Position numbers and translations under genes: made by a program. DNA of 26,455 bases from a virus, in the UHGV virus genome UHGV-0075053. One strand, 5' to 3'. This document shows, piece after piece, positions 16,178 to 24,757 of the stretch (position 1 is the stretch's first letter; each line of letters begins with the position of its first letter). The notes beneath the pieces were generated by a model. It did no database searches, was not told the origin of the DNA, and was given only the letters and a program-made list of their open reading frames with translations.

Positions 16178-17305
16178 TCATGCTTTCCACTTCAGAACAC
16201 CCGAATTTCTCGCGTGCATTAAAAAACGAATCAGCAACAACAGCTGGCTGCCGTGTTTTTCTTCAAAATCTTTTACCCCGGCGTGCAGTTCGTTATGACA
16301 TTTACGGCACAGCGGAATAACAAACAAATCATCAGCCTTTGTTCCCATACCTCCCAGGCCATGACCAATGATGTGATGCGGATCATCTGCCTGATTACCG
16401 CACGTCATGCATTTCTGCGTTTTTACCCAGCGCGTGTATACAGGCATCTCTTCCCGTTGTGGTTTCTGGCGCTGGAGATACTGAACCGGAGACTCCGGAT
16501 CAACGGCAATGCTGACCACCGTCTTTTCCTGTGGCGGGTTTTGCTGGTGGGCATGAGGCAACGGCGCAAGATTTTTTGTGCGCTGCTTCAGTATGCTGGT
16601 GGCGGTCTGCTCTCCCGGTACGATATCGCTTTCGCGGTACAAGGAGCGGATTTTTTCCGCACGTAACCCCAGAGAACGACGTAATACTGCCTCCGGAAGC
16701 GCGTCCGCCACCTGATTGCAGACCGCCCACCAGGATAATTCAGCCAGCGACAATTCCCGCTCCTGCGTGCCATTCATTGCATGGCGTATGACGTCAATCA
16801 TCCATGCTGACAGGTTTTGATGAGCAAGCTGCCCGAGTGATTCGGATGTCTGGTCACGCAACTGGTTGTCGCAGTGCCAGCACAACACCATCGCGCCGGT
16901 ACCGTAACGATGTATGACGATTTCACTGTGATGATAGTCACCATGAGGCCACTGGCAGGATTTGACATGACGCAACAGCCAGTCAGACAGTGCCCCAGCG
17001 CCGCCAGCAGCACGAATCACCCGCTCATCGCTGAAAAATGGCAGTAATGATTTATCCTCCGCCAGCGGCTGGCGAACGGCAGGGACGACTCCGGACGGCA
17101 GACCGCGCATGCTTTTCGGTTCAGGCTCCACCAGCACTCGAGGGTTATGAAATACTTGCATGGATTCACGGCCCGGCCTAAGGACCACCAGCCCAAGTTC
17201 CGGTACCAGAACAGGTCGAAGTAATATCCGCACGTTACCTCCAGATCCGTTGCTGGTATGTGCGGGATGGGCGCGGTGGGCGTTCGGAATAAGGGAGCCT
17301 GACAT
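16178..17305 (-). CDS. DUF968-family protein (YdfU-like) with C-terminal HNH-like zinc motif; true start possibly ATG 17161
   Basis: C-terminus CMTCGNQADDPHHIIGHGLGGMGTKADDLFVIPLCRKCHNELH; position between rusA and hok region as in Qin. Confidence 0.65.
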   Translation of the reverse strand: MSGSLIPNAHRAHPAHTSNGSGGNVRILLRPVLVPELGLVVLRPGRESMQVFHNPRVLVEPEPKSMRGLPSGVVPAVRQPLAEDKSLLPFFSDERVIRAAGGAGALSDWLLRHVKSCQWPHGDYHHSEIVIHRYGTGAMVLCWHCDNQLRDQTSESLGQLAHQNLSAWMIDVIRHAMNGTQERELSLAELSWWAVCNQVADALPEAVLRRSLGLRAEKIRSLYRESDIVPGEQTATSILKQRTKNLAPLPHAHQQNPPQEKTVVSIAVDPESPVQYLQRQKPQREEMPVYTRWVKTQKCMTCGNQADDPHHIIGHGLGGMGTKADDLFVIPLCRKCHNELHAGVKDFEEKHGSQLLLLIRFLMHARNSGVLKWKA

Positions 17306-17513
17306 AGATTATCCAGTGACGATAATCGAGGCTGAGGGCTTTCTTAATCTCGTATCCGCGTCTGCGATAGTTATGAATTAGCCATTCGGCCTGTTCTTCA
17401 GTACATGGGTCATGCTGGAACCAGTCAGATTTGAAAGTGCGGGAACGCCGCCCGCGCCTGCTGGCAAAGACGGCAGAATCATCAGAATTGTGTAATTTGG
17501 TATCGTGCGCCAT
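17235..17513 (-). CDS. hypothetical protein (92 aa from ATG 17513)
   Basis: ORF in the nin-like region; the ORF-track N-terminal extension starts with TTG inside a terminator T-run and is rejected. Confidence 0.4.
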   Translation of the reverse strand: MAHDTKLHNSDDSAVFASRRGRRSRTFKSDWFQHDPCTEEQAEWLIHNYRRRGYEIKKALSLDYRHWIIYVRLPYSERPPRPSRTYQQRIWR

Positions 17514-17585
17514 CGGTTGTCTCTGCTGGCGCAGCAGGTGCCAGTTGTTCAGGCTGGCGTGCGAATTGTAAACCAGAATGCCAGG

Positions 17586-17610
17586 AAAAAACAAAACCCG
17601 CCGAAGCGGG
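17586..17610 (-). terminator. rho-independent terminator (minus strand)
   Basis: CCCGC-CGAA-GCGGG hairpin followed by a T-run on the minus strand. Confidence 0.6.
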
Positions 17611-17809
17611 TATGCTAAAACAAACTGAAAGTAATATACCGGACTTGTAAAGGAACGATAGAATAATTATTGGATTAAACCCTGACTCAATCCAGATTTC
17701 ATAGGCAACAACTACGGACTAATCATCACAGTCATGTTTGATAGGCTTAGTCCACATTGGGTGAGGGTTTACGGCGTTTTCACTAATAATTTATCGTCCA
17801 AGCTATACA

Positions 17810-18202
17810 CTACTGCCCTGTTTTAACGAAGTTTTTAAAGGAAACAACTGCCTGATAGGGGTTTGGTTGACAGCCAAACATATTATCGCAAAAAGGCTTG
17901 ATGAAAATTCTTGAGGATCCATCTTCATTTGGCATTTTACTCACTTGATAAGCGAGGAATGGACTATTTGGAGAGGGATTATAAGTGGAAATTAGCGTGT
18001 CTGTCGCCGTTTGAATTTTCCATGAGGAATTATTAGCCAACCAGAATTGCGCTCGTTTCCAATAAAAGTCACATTGCTTTTCATCATTACATGTTAGTGG
18101 CTTCATTGCTTCTGCTTTCAACGCTGGATCGATCTTTGCTGCACACCCTCCCAACATTACTGTTGCAATCATTACACCTGCGACTAAAACAAGTTTCTTC
18201 AT
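17810..18202 (-). CDS. putative secreted lipoprotein (130 aa), moron-like
   Basis: Signal peptide with lipobox-like MLGGC; four further Cys in the mature part; AGGGAG RBS; flanked by AT-rich DNA and its own terminator. Confidence 0.6.
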   Translation of the reverse strand: MKKLVLVAGVMIATVMLGGCAAKIDPALKAEAMKPLTCNDEKQCDFYWKRAQFWLANNSSWKIQTATDTLISTYNPSPNSPFLAYQVSKMPNEDGSSRIFIKPFCDNMFGCQPNPYQAVVSFKNFVKTGQ

Positions 18203-18345
18203 CTCCCTGCCCCATCAATAAAAGTTCGGTTCTCTAATAACTAGAGTTAATCAACGGAAAAAACGCCGAAGCGGGTTAAGTGCGGGTGCGTTGAGGATGC
18301 CTGACACATCAGAGGTGGCGAGGGATTTCTCCCCCGCCAGGTCTC

Positions 18346-18501
18346 TTACTCCTCAGGTTCGTAAGCTGTGAAGACAGCGACCTCCGTCTGGCCGGTTCGG
18401 ATTCGTACCTCGCAGAGGTCTTTCCTCGTTACCAGTGCCGTCACTATGACGGTTAAACAGATGACGATCAGGGCGATTAACATCGCCTTTTGCTGCTTCA
18501 T
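18346..18501 (-). CDS. hokD: Hok/Gef-family small membrane toxin (HokD/RelF-like)
   Basis: MKQQKAMLIALIVICLTVIVTALVTRKDLCEVRIRTGQTEVAVFTAYEPEE matches E. coli HokD from memory; start set to ATG 18501. Confidence 0.9.
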   Translation of the reverse strand: MKQQKAMLIALIVICLTVIVTALVTRKDLCEVRIRTGQTEVAVFTAYEPEE

Positions 18502-19125
18502 AGCCTGCTTCTCCTTGCCTTTCGGCACGTAAGAGGCTAACCTAGATTTGCCGTTCATAGATTGAGCCTCAGATTAATGTTAAGCGTCTTGCAGGACGCG
18601 TAATGTTAACTGGGGCTTTTCTCTATCTGCCTTTGGTGTTCATGCCTGAGACAGATAGCCTCAAGCACCCGCAGCCATTCTACTTAACTCCCGTTACCTC
18701 GCCAATATAAAATCAATCAGAAAAGCGATCCATAAGAACAACAGCAAGACAATAAATTGCCATTACAGCTGCAATAGCCAGCGCACATTTGAGAACCAGC
18801 ACGACAACCTCCTGTATTGGACGTACACCAGTTCTGATAAATATGAGGCTGTCTCATCATTGATGAGATACAACTATTGGGTATAGTTTCTGTGATTTTG
18901 TTCTGTAGAAATGGAACACAACAACCAGTCACCACCAGCACTTCTTTAAATACGCCAAGTCCGACGCAAGCTAACCTTCTAGTCCGCTTTGAGCGAAAAG
19001 CAGACTGTCACGCGTTGAAGTTAATTGTATTACTTAGATAAACACTATCATTTTCCTGACGTTAAGTTGTATCTTTGATAGGATTAAAAAACGTATAGAT
19101 AGCTTATGCTACTGAGGGAATAAAA

Positions 19126-19935
19126 ATGACGAAAATTAGTGAACGATGGAAGCACAATGGCATTACTGAAGGTTATTGCAATATTTGTGGGAAATATGGC
19201 TTGCTCACAAAAGATCATGTTCCTCCAAAGTGCGCCATAACCTTAGGCCCTGTTTTGCAGAAAACAGTTAGCGAATTTTTTGGTATTCAGGAACCAGTTA
19301 AACCATTAAATGCTAAAAATGGCTCTTATTTCAGAACCATTTGCAGCCACTGTAACAATAAGGTATTAGGTGGGCTCGATGTTGCAATTGAAAATGTAAC
19401 AAAGTCCTTTAAAGAACAGTTAAGTCGATATATGAATGGTATGAATGTATATCCATTCATTAGAATACCTTTTGATAGCATATCTTTCACTAAGGCTATG
19501 ATTGGGCACGTGCTATCAGCAACTTCAGTTGAAGATTGTAAAAAAGAACCCGTAGATAGCCCCTTCTATACACCTTTAAAGGATTATGTTTTGGGTAAAA
19601 ATTCAAGTTTTGAGGAAACTCATGATATTTACTACTGGTTTTACCCACACAGAATGCACATATCCGCTCAAAGTGTAGCATTTATGAACGAAGGACATGT
19701 GGCATTTATTTGTGCTTTACATTTTTTTCCTATCGGTTTTATTATCACAATGAAAAATGAAGGAACATACCCTGCCCACTCTACAAAATTAGAACTTGAG
19801 GATAAATTCCTTACATTTAATATGACCTCTATAAATTATGAGTATACGACATTTCCATTTGTAAATCTTAAGGGAAACCAAATGTATGCGATAAGCAACG
19901 GTCATACTTGTGTGAGTTATCCAATAATTAAGTGA
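19126..19935 (+). CDS. hypothetical protein with N-terminal HNH/His-Me-finger-like motif and ~190-aa C-terminal domain of unknown function
   Basis: CNICGKYGLLTKDHVPPK...CSHCNN resembles the CxxC...DHxxP...CxxCN HNH pattern; GAGGGA RBS; AT-rich coding region; lone gene on the strand opposite its neighbours. Confidence 0.6.
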   Translation: MTKISERWKHNGITEGYCNICGKYGLLTKDHVPPKCAITLGPVLQKTVSEFFGIQEPVKPLNAKNGSYFRTICSHCNNKVLGGLDVAIENVTKSFKEQLSRYMNGMNVYPFIRIPFDSISFTKAMIGHVLSATSVEDCKKEPVDSPFYTPLKDYVLGKNSSFEETHDIYYWFYPHRMHISAQSVAFMNEGHVAFICALHFFPIGFIITMKNEGTYPAHSTKLELEDKFLTFNMTSINYEYTTFPFVNLKGNQMYAISNGHTCVSYPIIK

Positions 19936-20081
19936 CGGCTAAATCATACAATCTACGCATGTTCACTTTCTACATATACCATCTATAATGTCCGCTGTTG
20001 GCACAAAGCGGACAACCACGCTAGCTCTACCCTGTGCCACAAAATGTCAATTTGCATCTGAACTAATGCACTTTAATCTCG

Positions 20082-20504
20082 TCACTTCAATAAATACCGA
20101 ACATCACCCTGATAAAACGACAATATGCGCTGCATAACTTCACTCTTCCGGCACTCGCGACAGATTATGTTCTGACGCCTGTCGTAGCGACGTATTTCTC
20201 CGTCAGGTAATGGCCAGATAAGGTCCGGATCAACCGCAGATGGTTTCTTCAGCTTTGCCCTTGAGAGCTTTTTACGGGCATTTTGCCAGTCCTTACGCGC
20301 CTGTTCAGACGGGAATAACCCGTAACCAGAGTTGTATACATCGCCGCTGGCAACCAGCTCTCTTGCGAGAACGCTCATCAGATATCTTGTCGCACCTGTC
20401 TTGACTTCCAGTTGCCGTAACGTCTCACGCCCACTCTGGCGTACGAGTTCAACAACCTGTCCTTTAATTTTTTCCCGCTCTTCTTGTGTAAAAACTTTTG
20501 CCAC
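20082..20504 (-). CDS. hypothetical protein (140 aa) downstream of the replication gene
   Basis: GTG start at 20504 with AGGAGG RBS 5 nt upstream; no Walker motif, so not a DnaC-type loader. Confidence 0.5.
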   Translation of the reverse strand: MAKVFTQEEREKIKGQVVELVRQSGRETLRQLEVKTGATRYLMSVLARELVASGDVYNSGYGLFPSEQARKDWQNARKKLSRAKLKKPSAVDPDLIWPLPDGEIRRYDRRQNIICRECRKSEVMQRILSFYQGDVRYLLK

Positions 20505-20544
20505 AAGCCCTCCTGAAAATTACCTCATGACCAGAAATTAACAC

Positions 20545-21615
20545 TTACCCCCTGAAGCCCGGCGGAATTTCGTTATCCGGTTCAGAAATATGATTCACAC
20601 AACGCTGGTTGTTCGTGCCGCTTACCGGGAGCAACCAGGGGTTCTCAAAATTCCGGTCCGGTCCAAAAAACGTCGTCGCTCGCTGAACAAATTCCGTTCC
20701 CGTTTTCCCGGTAGCCGCCAAGTATCTTGCGTAACGCCTCACGCCATCCAGCATGGCCTCTGGTGGCACCCCCTCGCGTAATCTGGCCTTCCAGGCACTG
20801 AAAGCGGATTTCTTCGGGTTTGCTCCGGCACGCAACGGGTACTCCCGCCAGACCTGTTCGAACGCATCCGGATAATCCACTCGTCCCACAGACAGCCCGG
20901 TGTTTTCCGGGACTACCCGATCGGCTTTCCGCTGAATGGCGGAATCGGCTTCAGGCTGCTGCAGTTGGTGTGATTGCTCCGGCCTTGGGGTCATCACCTG
21001 CTGCACAGCGCCCGAATCGGCTTTCAGCGCATACGCTGAATCGGCTTCCGGTGTCGTGCCTGCTGGCTGACCAGGATTGACGGTCTGAACATCCCCTGCC
21101 TGGTTCGTGGCGTTTTTTACGCCATGGACCATAGTGTTTTGATCTTCTTGATCTGTATCTTTATCTGTATCTTTATCTGTCGTGACTCGTCGTGACATGT
21201 GCGTGACATTTCGTGACGCGCCGTGACAATCGCCATTTTGTTCCCGCTTTCTTTCCCTCTCTCGCTGCGCCCTCTTGCGCTCTGCAGGAGATTTTGCGGT
21301 TTGCGAAATATTGCCGTTGTCCTCTTTAAGCACCTGGCGTTTTTCCCATCCAGTGATTAAATCACCATCAAGTACCCGCCCCTGCATCGTCTGCAAAATT
21401 GAATCAATTACCTCTTCTGTCACGTCGAGCGCACTTGCCAAATCTTCTGTCGTGACATCAATGTGACCTCGCGTGACATTTCGTGACGCGCTCACCAGGA
21501 GGTGGATATACACTGCCATCACTGTTGCAATTGGCTGCCCTGACACCCTGGCAATTGTTCGCCACTTAGGGTCATTTGGCATGTCATGCCATAATCTGAG
21601 CCAGGCGTTAGCCAT
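20545..21615 (-). CDS. phage replication initiation / replisome organiser protein (lambda O-like role)
   Basis: N-terminal domain (ANAWLRLWHDMPNDPKWRTIARVSGQP...) typical of prophage replication proteins from memory; iteron clusters inside the coding sequence; ATG 21615 with strong RBS. Confidence 0.6.
   Translation of the reverse strand: MANAWLRLWHDMPNDPKWRTIARVSGQPIATVMAVYIHLLVSASRNVTRGHIDVTTEDLASALDVTEEVIDSILQTMQGRVLDGDLITGWEKRQVLKEDNGNISQTAKSPAERKRAQRERERKREQNGDCHGASRNVTHMSRRVTTDKDTDKDTDQEDQNTMVHGVKNATNQAGDVQTVNPGQPAGTTPEADSAYALKADSGAVQQVMTPRPEQSHQLQQPEADSAIQRKADRVVPENTGLSVGRVDYPDAFEQVWREYPLRAGANPKKSAFSAWKARLREGVPPEAMLDGVRRYARYLAATGKTGTEFVQRATTFFGPDRNFENPWLLPVSGTNNQRCVNHISEPDNEIPPGFRG
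21151..21230. repeat. iteron cluster 1 inside the replication gene (putative ori)
   Basis: Tandem 12-mer ATCTGTATCTTT x2.5 (21151-21180) followed by five CGTGAC motifs at about 10-bp spacing (21181, 21191, 21202, 21212, 21222). Confidence 0.6.
21451..21490. repeat. iteron cluster 2 inside the replication gene
   Basis: CGTGAC motifs at 21451, 21472, 21482; the 20-mer GCGTGACATTTCGTGACGCG (21471-21490) is an exact copy of 21201-21220. Confidence 0.6.
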
Positions 21616-21686
21616 ACTCACCTCTTCTGATACCGAATCTTTTTACTCACGAGTTGCCGGAAGCGATTCGATATGGCTATTATCAC

Positions 21687-22112
21687 TCAATGCACTGCCA
21701 CAGCATTTCCTGCCGGGCCACCACGGTTCATCTGATTGAAACCGGCGATTGCCACTGCGACAAAATCATCAGCGTCTCTCACCAGTCGCTCCCGCGTCTC
21801 CACCAGCTCCCGAAAATAAGCTGAACTGTGGCTGCGCATTCTGGCCACCAGCAAAGGTGGCATTGCCTTTTCGATCGCTGGTAACAACGCCTGAATTTTT
21901 TCAACTGCATCAGGGGTGTCTTTCTCTACCCAGCGGAAAATTTTCTGGGTATTGCGAGCCAGGGCTTCCGGATGGCTGTCGTCATACAGTTCCGGGAACG
22001 TCATACCCAACTCAAAATAAGCCTGGGTTATTCCAGCTGCTGGAACTTTTTCGCCATCAGGACGCGCCCAGGCATTCATCGCCATGCGGATGTGTTCATG
22101 CTTGATTTTCAT
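21687..22112 (-). CDS. YdaT-like regulatory protein (CII-position)
   Basis: Begins MKIKHEHI as remembered for Rac YdaT; 141 aa; sits between the Cro-like and replication genes. Confidence 0.5.
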   Translation of the reverse strand: MKIKHEHIRMAMNAWARPDGEKVPAAGITQAYFELGMTFPELYDDSHPEALARNTQKIFRWVEKDTPDAVEKIQALLPAIEKAMPPLLVARMRSHSSAYFRELVETRERLVRDADDFVAVAIAGFNQMNRGGPAGNAVAVH

Positions 22113-22324
22113 GAATCATTCTTTCCTTCGTTCGAGGTGCTATCCTGCTTCTTGTAAAGTTCTGGGTTGTATTTCAATTCACCGTTAGTAATTTCATCCA
22201 GTTCCATTGCGCGAAGTTTGGGAATAACTGCTTTCCACCGCACAACAGCCACATGTGAAATTCCAAGAGCCTCAGCTACTAGTCGCTTTTTTTTGAAATA
22301 GCGCAGAACATCATCTTTGAACAT
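22109..22324 (-). CDS. Cro/YdaS-like HTH regulator
   Basis: 71 aa; HTH-like RLVAEALGISHVAVVRW; divergent from the repressor gene; ATGA overlap with the downstream gene. Confidence 0.6.
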   Translation of the reverse strand: MFKDDVLRYFKKKRLVAEALGISHVAVVRWKAVIPKLRAMELDEITNGELKYNPELYKKQDSTSNEGKNDS

Positions 22325-22353
22325 AAAACTCTCCTGTTATTTCGAGCAGGAGG

Positions 22354-22415
22354 GTAACAATAGTTACATAGCAATGTCAACCATAGCAACATCACTTGGT
22401 AGTAACATTGGTTAC
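22354..22415. promoter_or_regulatory. immunity-region operator sites (GTAAC-N4-GTTAC)
   Basis: GTAACAATAGTTAC (22354-22367) and GTAACATTGGTTAC (22402-22415) between the divergent Cro-like and repressor genes. Confidence 0.55.
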
Positions 22416-23090
22416 ATGAAAAACACTATCAGCGAACGTATTCGGAATCGTCGAAAAGACGTTGGATTAACCCAACAGCAGGTTGCGAAAGCAATCGGCA
22501 TATCTCGTGTATCCGTAACAAAATGGGAAAATGGCTCTTCAAAACCTGACGGTGAGAATTTGCATCTACTGTCAAAATTGCTTTCCAAATCTCCTGAATG
22601 GATTCTTTATGGAAAGGACGGTCACGATAAAACCGATGATCTGCGTCTGAATCAGTATCTTTACATTAGTGACAACATCGCCCGGTTGCCCGTTTTAACG
22701 TGGGAACAGGCTGGTTATTGGGATATGAGTTGTCCAGTAACCGAGATTCCTGGCATTAAGAATTGGGTTGATGTCATGACAAAAACCGCTGAAAACTCTT
22801 TTTTATTGCATGTTGAGGGAGATGCGATGACAAACTCTAACGGCCTCCCAACCATCCCCGATGGATCTACCGTGCTGATCACACCATGCTCAAGTAACAT
22901 TAGAGAACTGGTGGGAAAAATAATCTTAATCCAATTGGAAGGAACGCCAAACGTAACACTAAAAAAAGTTGCGATTGACGGACCAAACATCTATCTGTTG
23001 TCACTGAATCCGCTTTACAAACCCATCGAACTGAATGGTGGTTACACCATTAAAGGTAAAGTTTCACAAATACATCAATACTTAGACTGA
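22416..23090 (+). CDS. CI-like prophage repressor (XRE-type HTH plus S24 LexA-like peptidase domain)
   Basis: N-terminal HTH (GLTQQQVAKAIGISRVSVTKWENG) and C-terminal S24-like domain (EGDAM...LKKV); start at ATG 22416 would be leaderless-like, ATG 22374 is the alternative; ORF-track start 22317 is TTG. Confidence 0.8.
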   Translation: MKNTISERIRNRRKDVGLTQQQVAKAIGISRVSVTKWENGSSKPDGENLHLLSKLLSKSPEWILYGKDGHDKTDDLRLNQYLYISDNIARLPVLTWEQAGYWDMSCPVTEIPGIKNWVDVMTKTAENSFLLHVEGDAMTNSNGLPTIPDGSTVLITPCSSNIRELVGKIILIQLEGTPNVTLKKVAIDGPNIYLLSLNPLYKPIELNGGYTIKGKVSQIHQYLD

Positions 23091-23094
23091 GTCA

Positions 23095-23119
23095 GAACCC
23101 GCATTCATTGCGGGTTTTT
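23095..23119 (+). terminator. rho-independent terminator after the repressor gene
   Basis: AACCCGC-ATTCATT-GCGGGTT hairpin followed by TTT. Confidence 0.65.
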
Positions 23120-23152
23120 CACGCCCTCAAATGTACCTTTTGCAACATCGTA

Positions 23153-23178
23153 TTGACTCGAAAGGTAACTCTTGTTAC
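23153..23178 (+). promoter_or_regulatory. putative early-left promoter with a third GTAAC-N4-GTTAC operator
   Basis: TTGACT -35-like hexamer (23153-23158) followed by operator GTAACTCTTGTTAC (23165-23178); precedes the plus-strand ydfC/dicF/dicB operon. Confidence 0.45.
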
Positions 23179-23501
23179 CTTAACGGCATACCAACCCACC
23201 CCGCCCCACAGAATGCAGGGCAATACTTCGAGTTACCAGGCAGTGGTCAGGGGTTAAGTAGCCAGCCCGAGGCGTAAGAACATGACGGCAGGGTTCAACT
23301 TTAATAACTATGCAGCAGGTTTTTGTTCCGCTACCCCGGCGTTAAGGGGAAACAGAGGATTTCTCAGTGGGCGAAGTCAAACATCAGAATGGAAGGCATC
23401 CCGGGATCGGCAAAGAAGCAGCAATGGCGCTTTATATTGACATCAGCGCCATTGCCGGACAGGTAAGAATTATCAGAGCGGTAACTAAGCGGTATGCGCC
23501 T

Positions 23502-23708
23502 TTACTTCAGAAAGTCTCTGGTGAGTGCACCGAAGATATTGTCAACGATTTCGTCATCGAACTGCGAGGACTCATCTTCAGTTACAAGGTGACCACAATT
23601 TTTGCAGATGGCTCCCGCGAAACTGTCAGAGCCCTGCGGCTTAAAGGATGTGTCAAAGACTTCGCCACCACATTCTGGGCAAGAAAACTTGATTGTACTC
23701 ATAACCAA
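23502..23708 (-). CDS. small zinc-ribbon protein (68 aa)
   Basis: Two CxxC pairs (CPEC...CKNC) about 25 residues apart; GAGAGGAAA RBS before ATG 23708; conflicts with a plus-strand 118-aa ORF that has a GTG start and no motif. Confidence 0.45.
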   Translation of the reverse strand: MVMSTIKFSCPECGGEVFDTSFKPQGSDSFAGAICKNCGHLVTEDESSQFDDEIVDNIFGALTRDFLK

Positions 23709-23794
23709 TTTCCTCTCGAGTAACAGACCCCTCAGAGGATACCACCTCGCCTGACGTGGTTAAAAGCAGGCAACGCTAACCACAAGGAGCCGAC

Positions 23795-24013
23795 ATGCAG
23801 AAACGAGAACCCGTCATCATCGCGCCAGACTATACCGATGATGAACTTTATGAGTGGATGCGCCAGAAAATTAATGCAGCGCAGGATCTGAAATGGGCTA
23901 ATGAAGCCAGGGCTAAGCAGGCTGAAAATCTGTCCGCTCTGGAGCAGGATATCACCAATCTGGAAAAAGCAGCGGCATTAAGCATTGCCAGAATGATTAC
24001 ATACCCGCGTTAA
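23795..24013 (+). CDS. YdfC-like small protein of the dicB operon
   Basis: 72 aa; AAGGAG RBS 6 nt before the ATG; position upstream of DicF as for ydfC in Qin. Confidence 0.55.
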   Translation: MQKREPVIIAPDYTDDELYEWMRQKINAAQDLKWANEARAKQAENLSALEQDITNLEKAAALSIARMITYPR

Positions 24014-24342
24014 TAGCTAACCAACGAAGCTAAGGTTGGTAATTAAGGAGTTCTCCACGGGTGAAGTGGAGTGCGTGCGCCGGACACGGGTGAACATCCG
24101 GCACTGACAGTTTACTGAAAGGATATTTCTCTGAAAAGTCAGAGCATAACGCGAAAGTACACGGAGAAGCTCGTCTCTCTGTACTTTGTCGTTAAATTTA
24201 ATTCGACCGTGCGCTTCCGGTTGTGGCAATCCGCGAAATGGCGCGGCGGTAAGTATGGCGGGGTTATTCCTTCCCCTTGAGGACACCGGGTTGTCAGGCT
24301 GACCATACGCTTAAGTGACAGCCCCGCCACAATATCCATGTG

Positions 24343-24393
24343 TAGTCTTTGGTGGCATCAGTTCTACTCCGTGACTGCTCTGCCGCCCTTTTT
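24343..24393 (+). ncRNA. dicF: DicF small RNA (ends approximate)
   Basis: GGTGGCATCAGTTCTACTCCGTGACTGCTCTGCCGCCCTTTTT matches the 3' part of E. coli DicF including its terminator hairpin (from memory); about 175 nt upstream of dicB. Confidence 0.65.
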
Positions 24394-24568
24394 AAAGTGA
24401 ATTTTGTGATGCGGTGAATGCGGCTCAGCGCACGCGGAACAGTTAAAACAAGCGGTCTTTTACGGGCGTAACGGGAATGCTCTGTATCCGGCGTTAATTG
24501 TTAACTGGTTAACGTCACCTGGAGGCACCAGGCACTGCATCACAAAATTCATTGTTGAGGACGCGATA

Positions 24569-24757
24569 ATGGAAACGTTATTACCAAACGTTAATACGTC
24601 TGAAGGTTGTTTTGATATTGGTGTTCTGCTCAGTAACCGGGAGTTTACGGAAGATGCCATTAAGATGAGAAAATATGAACCTTATCTTCTCAATGATAAT
24701 TCCATACTTTCCAGAATTGCCCTTCTTGAACTTGGTATTATCGGAGAACAGCAGTGA
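24569..24757 (+). CDS. dicB: cell-division inhibitor DicB
   Basis: METLLPNVNTSEGCFDIGVLLSNREFTEDAIKMRKYEP... matches the DicB N-terminus (MKTLLPNVNTSEGCFEIGV..., from memory); 62 aa. Confidence 0.8.
   Translation: METLLPNVNTSEGCFDIGVLLSNREFTEDAIKMRKYEPYLLNDNSILSRIALLELGIIGEQQ

Noticed and set aside
17514-17594. N-terminal extension of the 119-aa ORF
   Set aside because: The annotated start is a TTG inside the T-run of a rho-independent terminator; ATG 17513 is used instead
18717-18941. Cys-rich 74-aa minus-strand ORF upstream of hokD
   Set aside because: No RBS, lies in AT-rich intergenic DNA; the cysteine richness is plausibly a composition artefact
23367-23723. 118-aa plus-strand ORF overlapping the zinc-ribbon gene
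   Set aside because: GTG start without RBS and no motif; the opposite-strand frame has a CxxC/CxxC zinc ribbon and an RBS. The choice remains uncertain
24017-24339. Two minus-strand ORFs (89 and 66 aa) and a possible retron msr/msd-like structured RNA
   Set aside because: Region is the ydfC-DicF spacer; ORFs lack RBS and overlap each other; no reverse transcriptase gene nearby, so a retron is not supported
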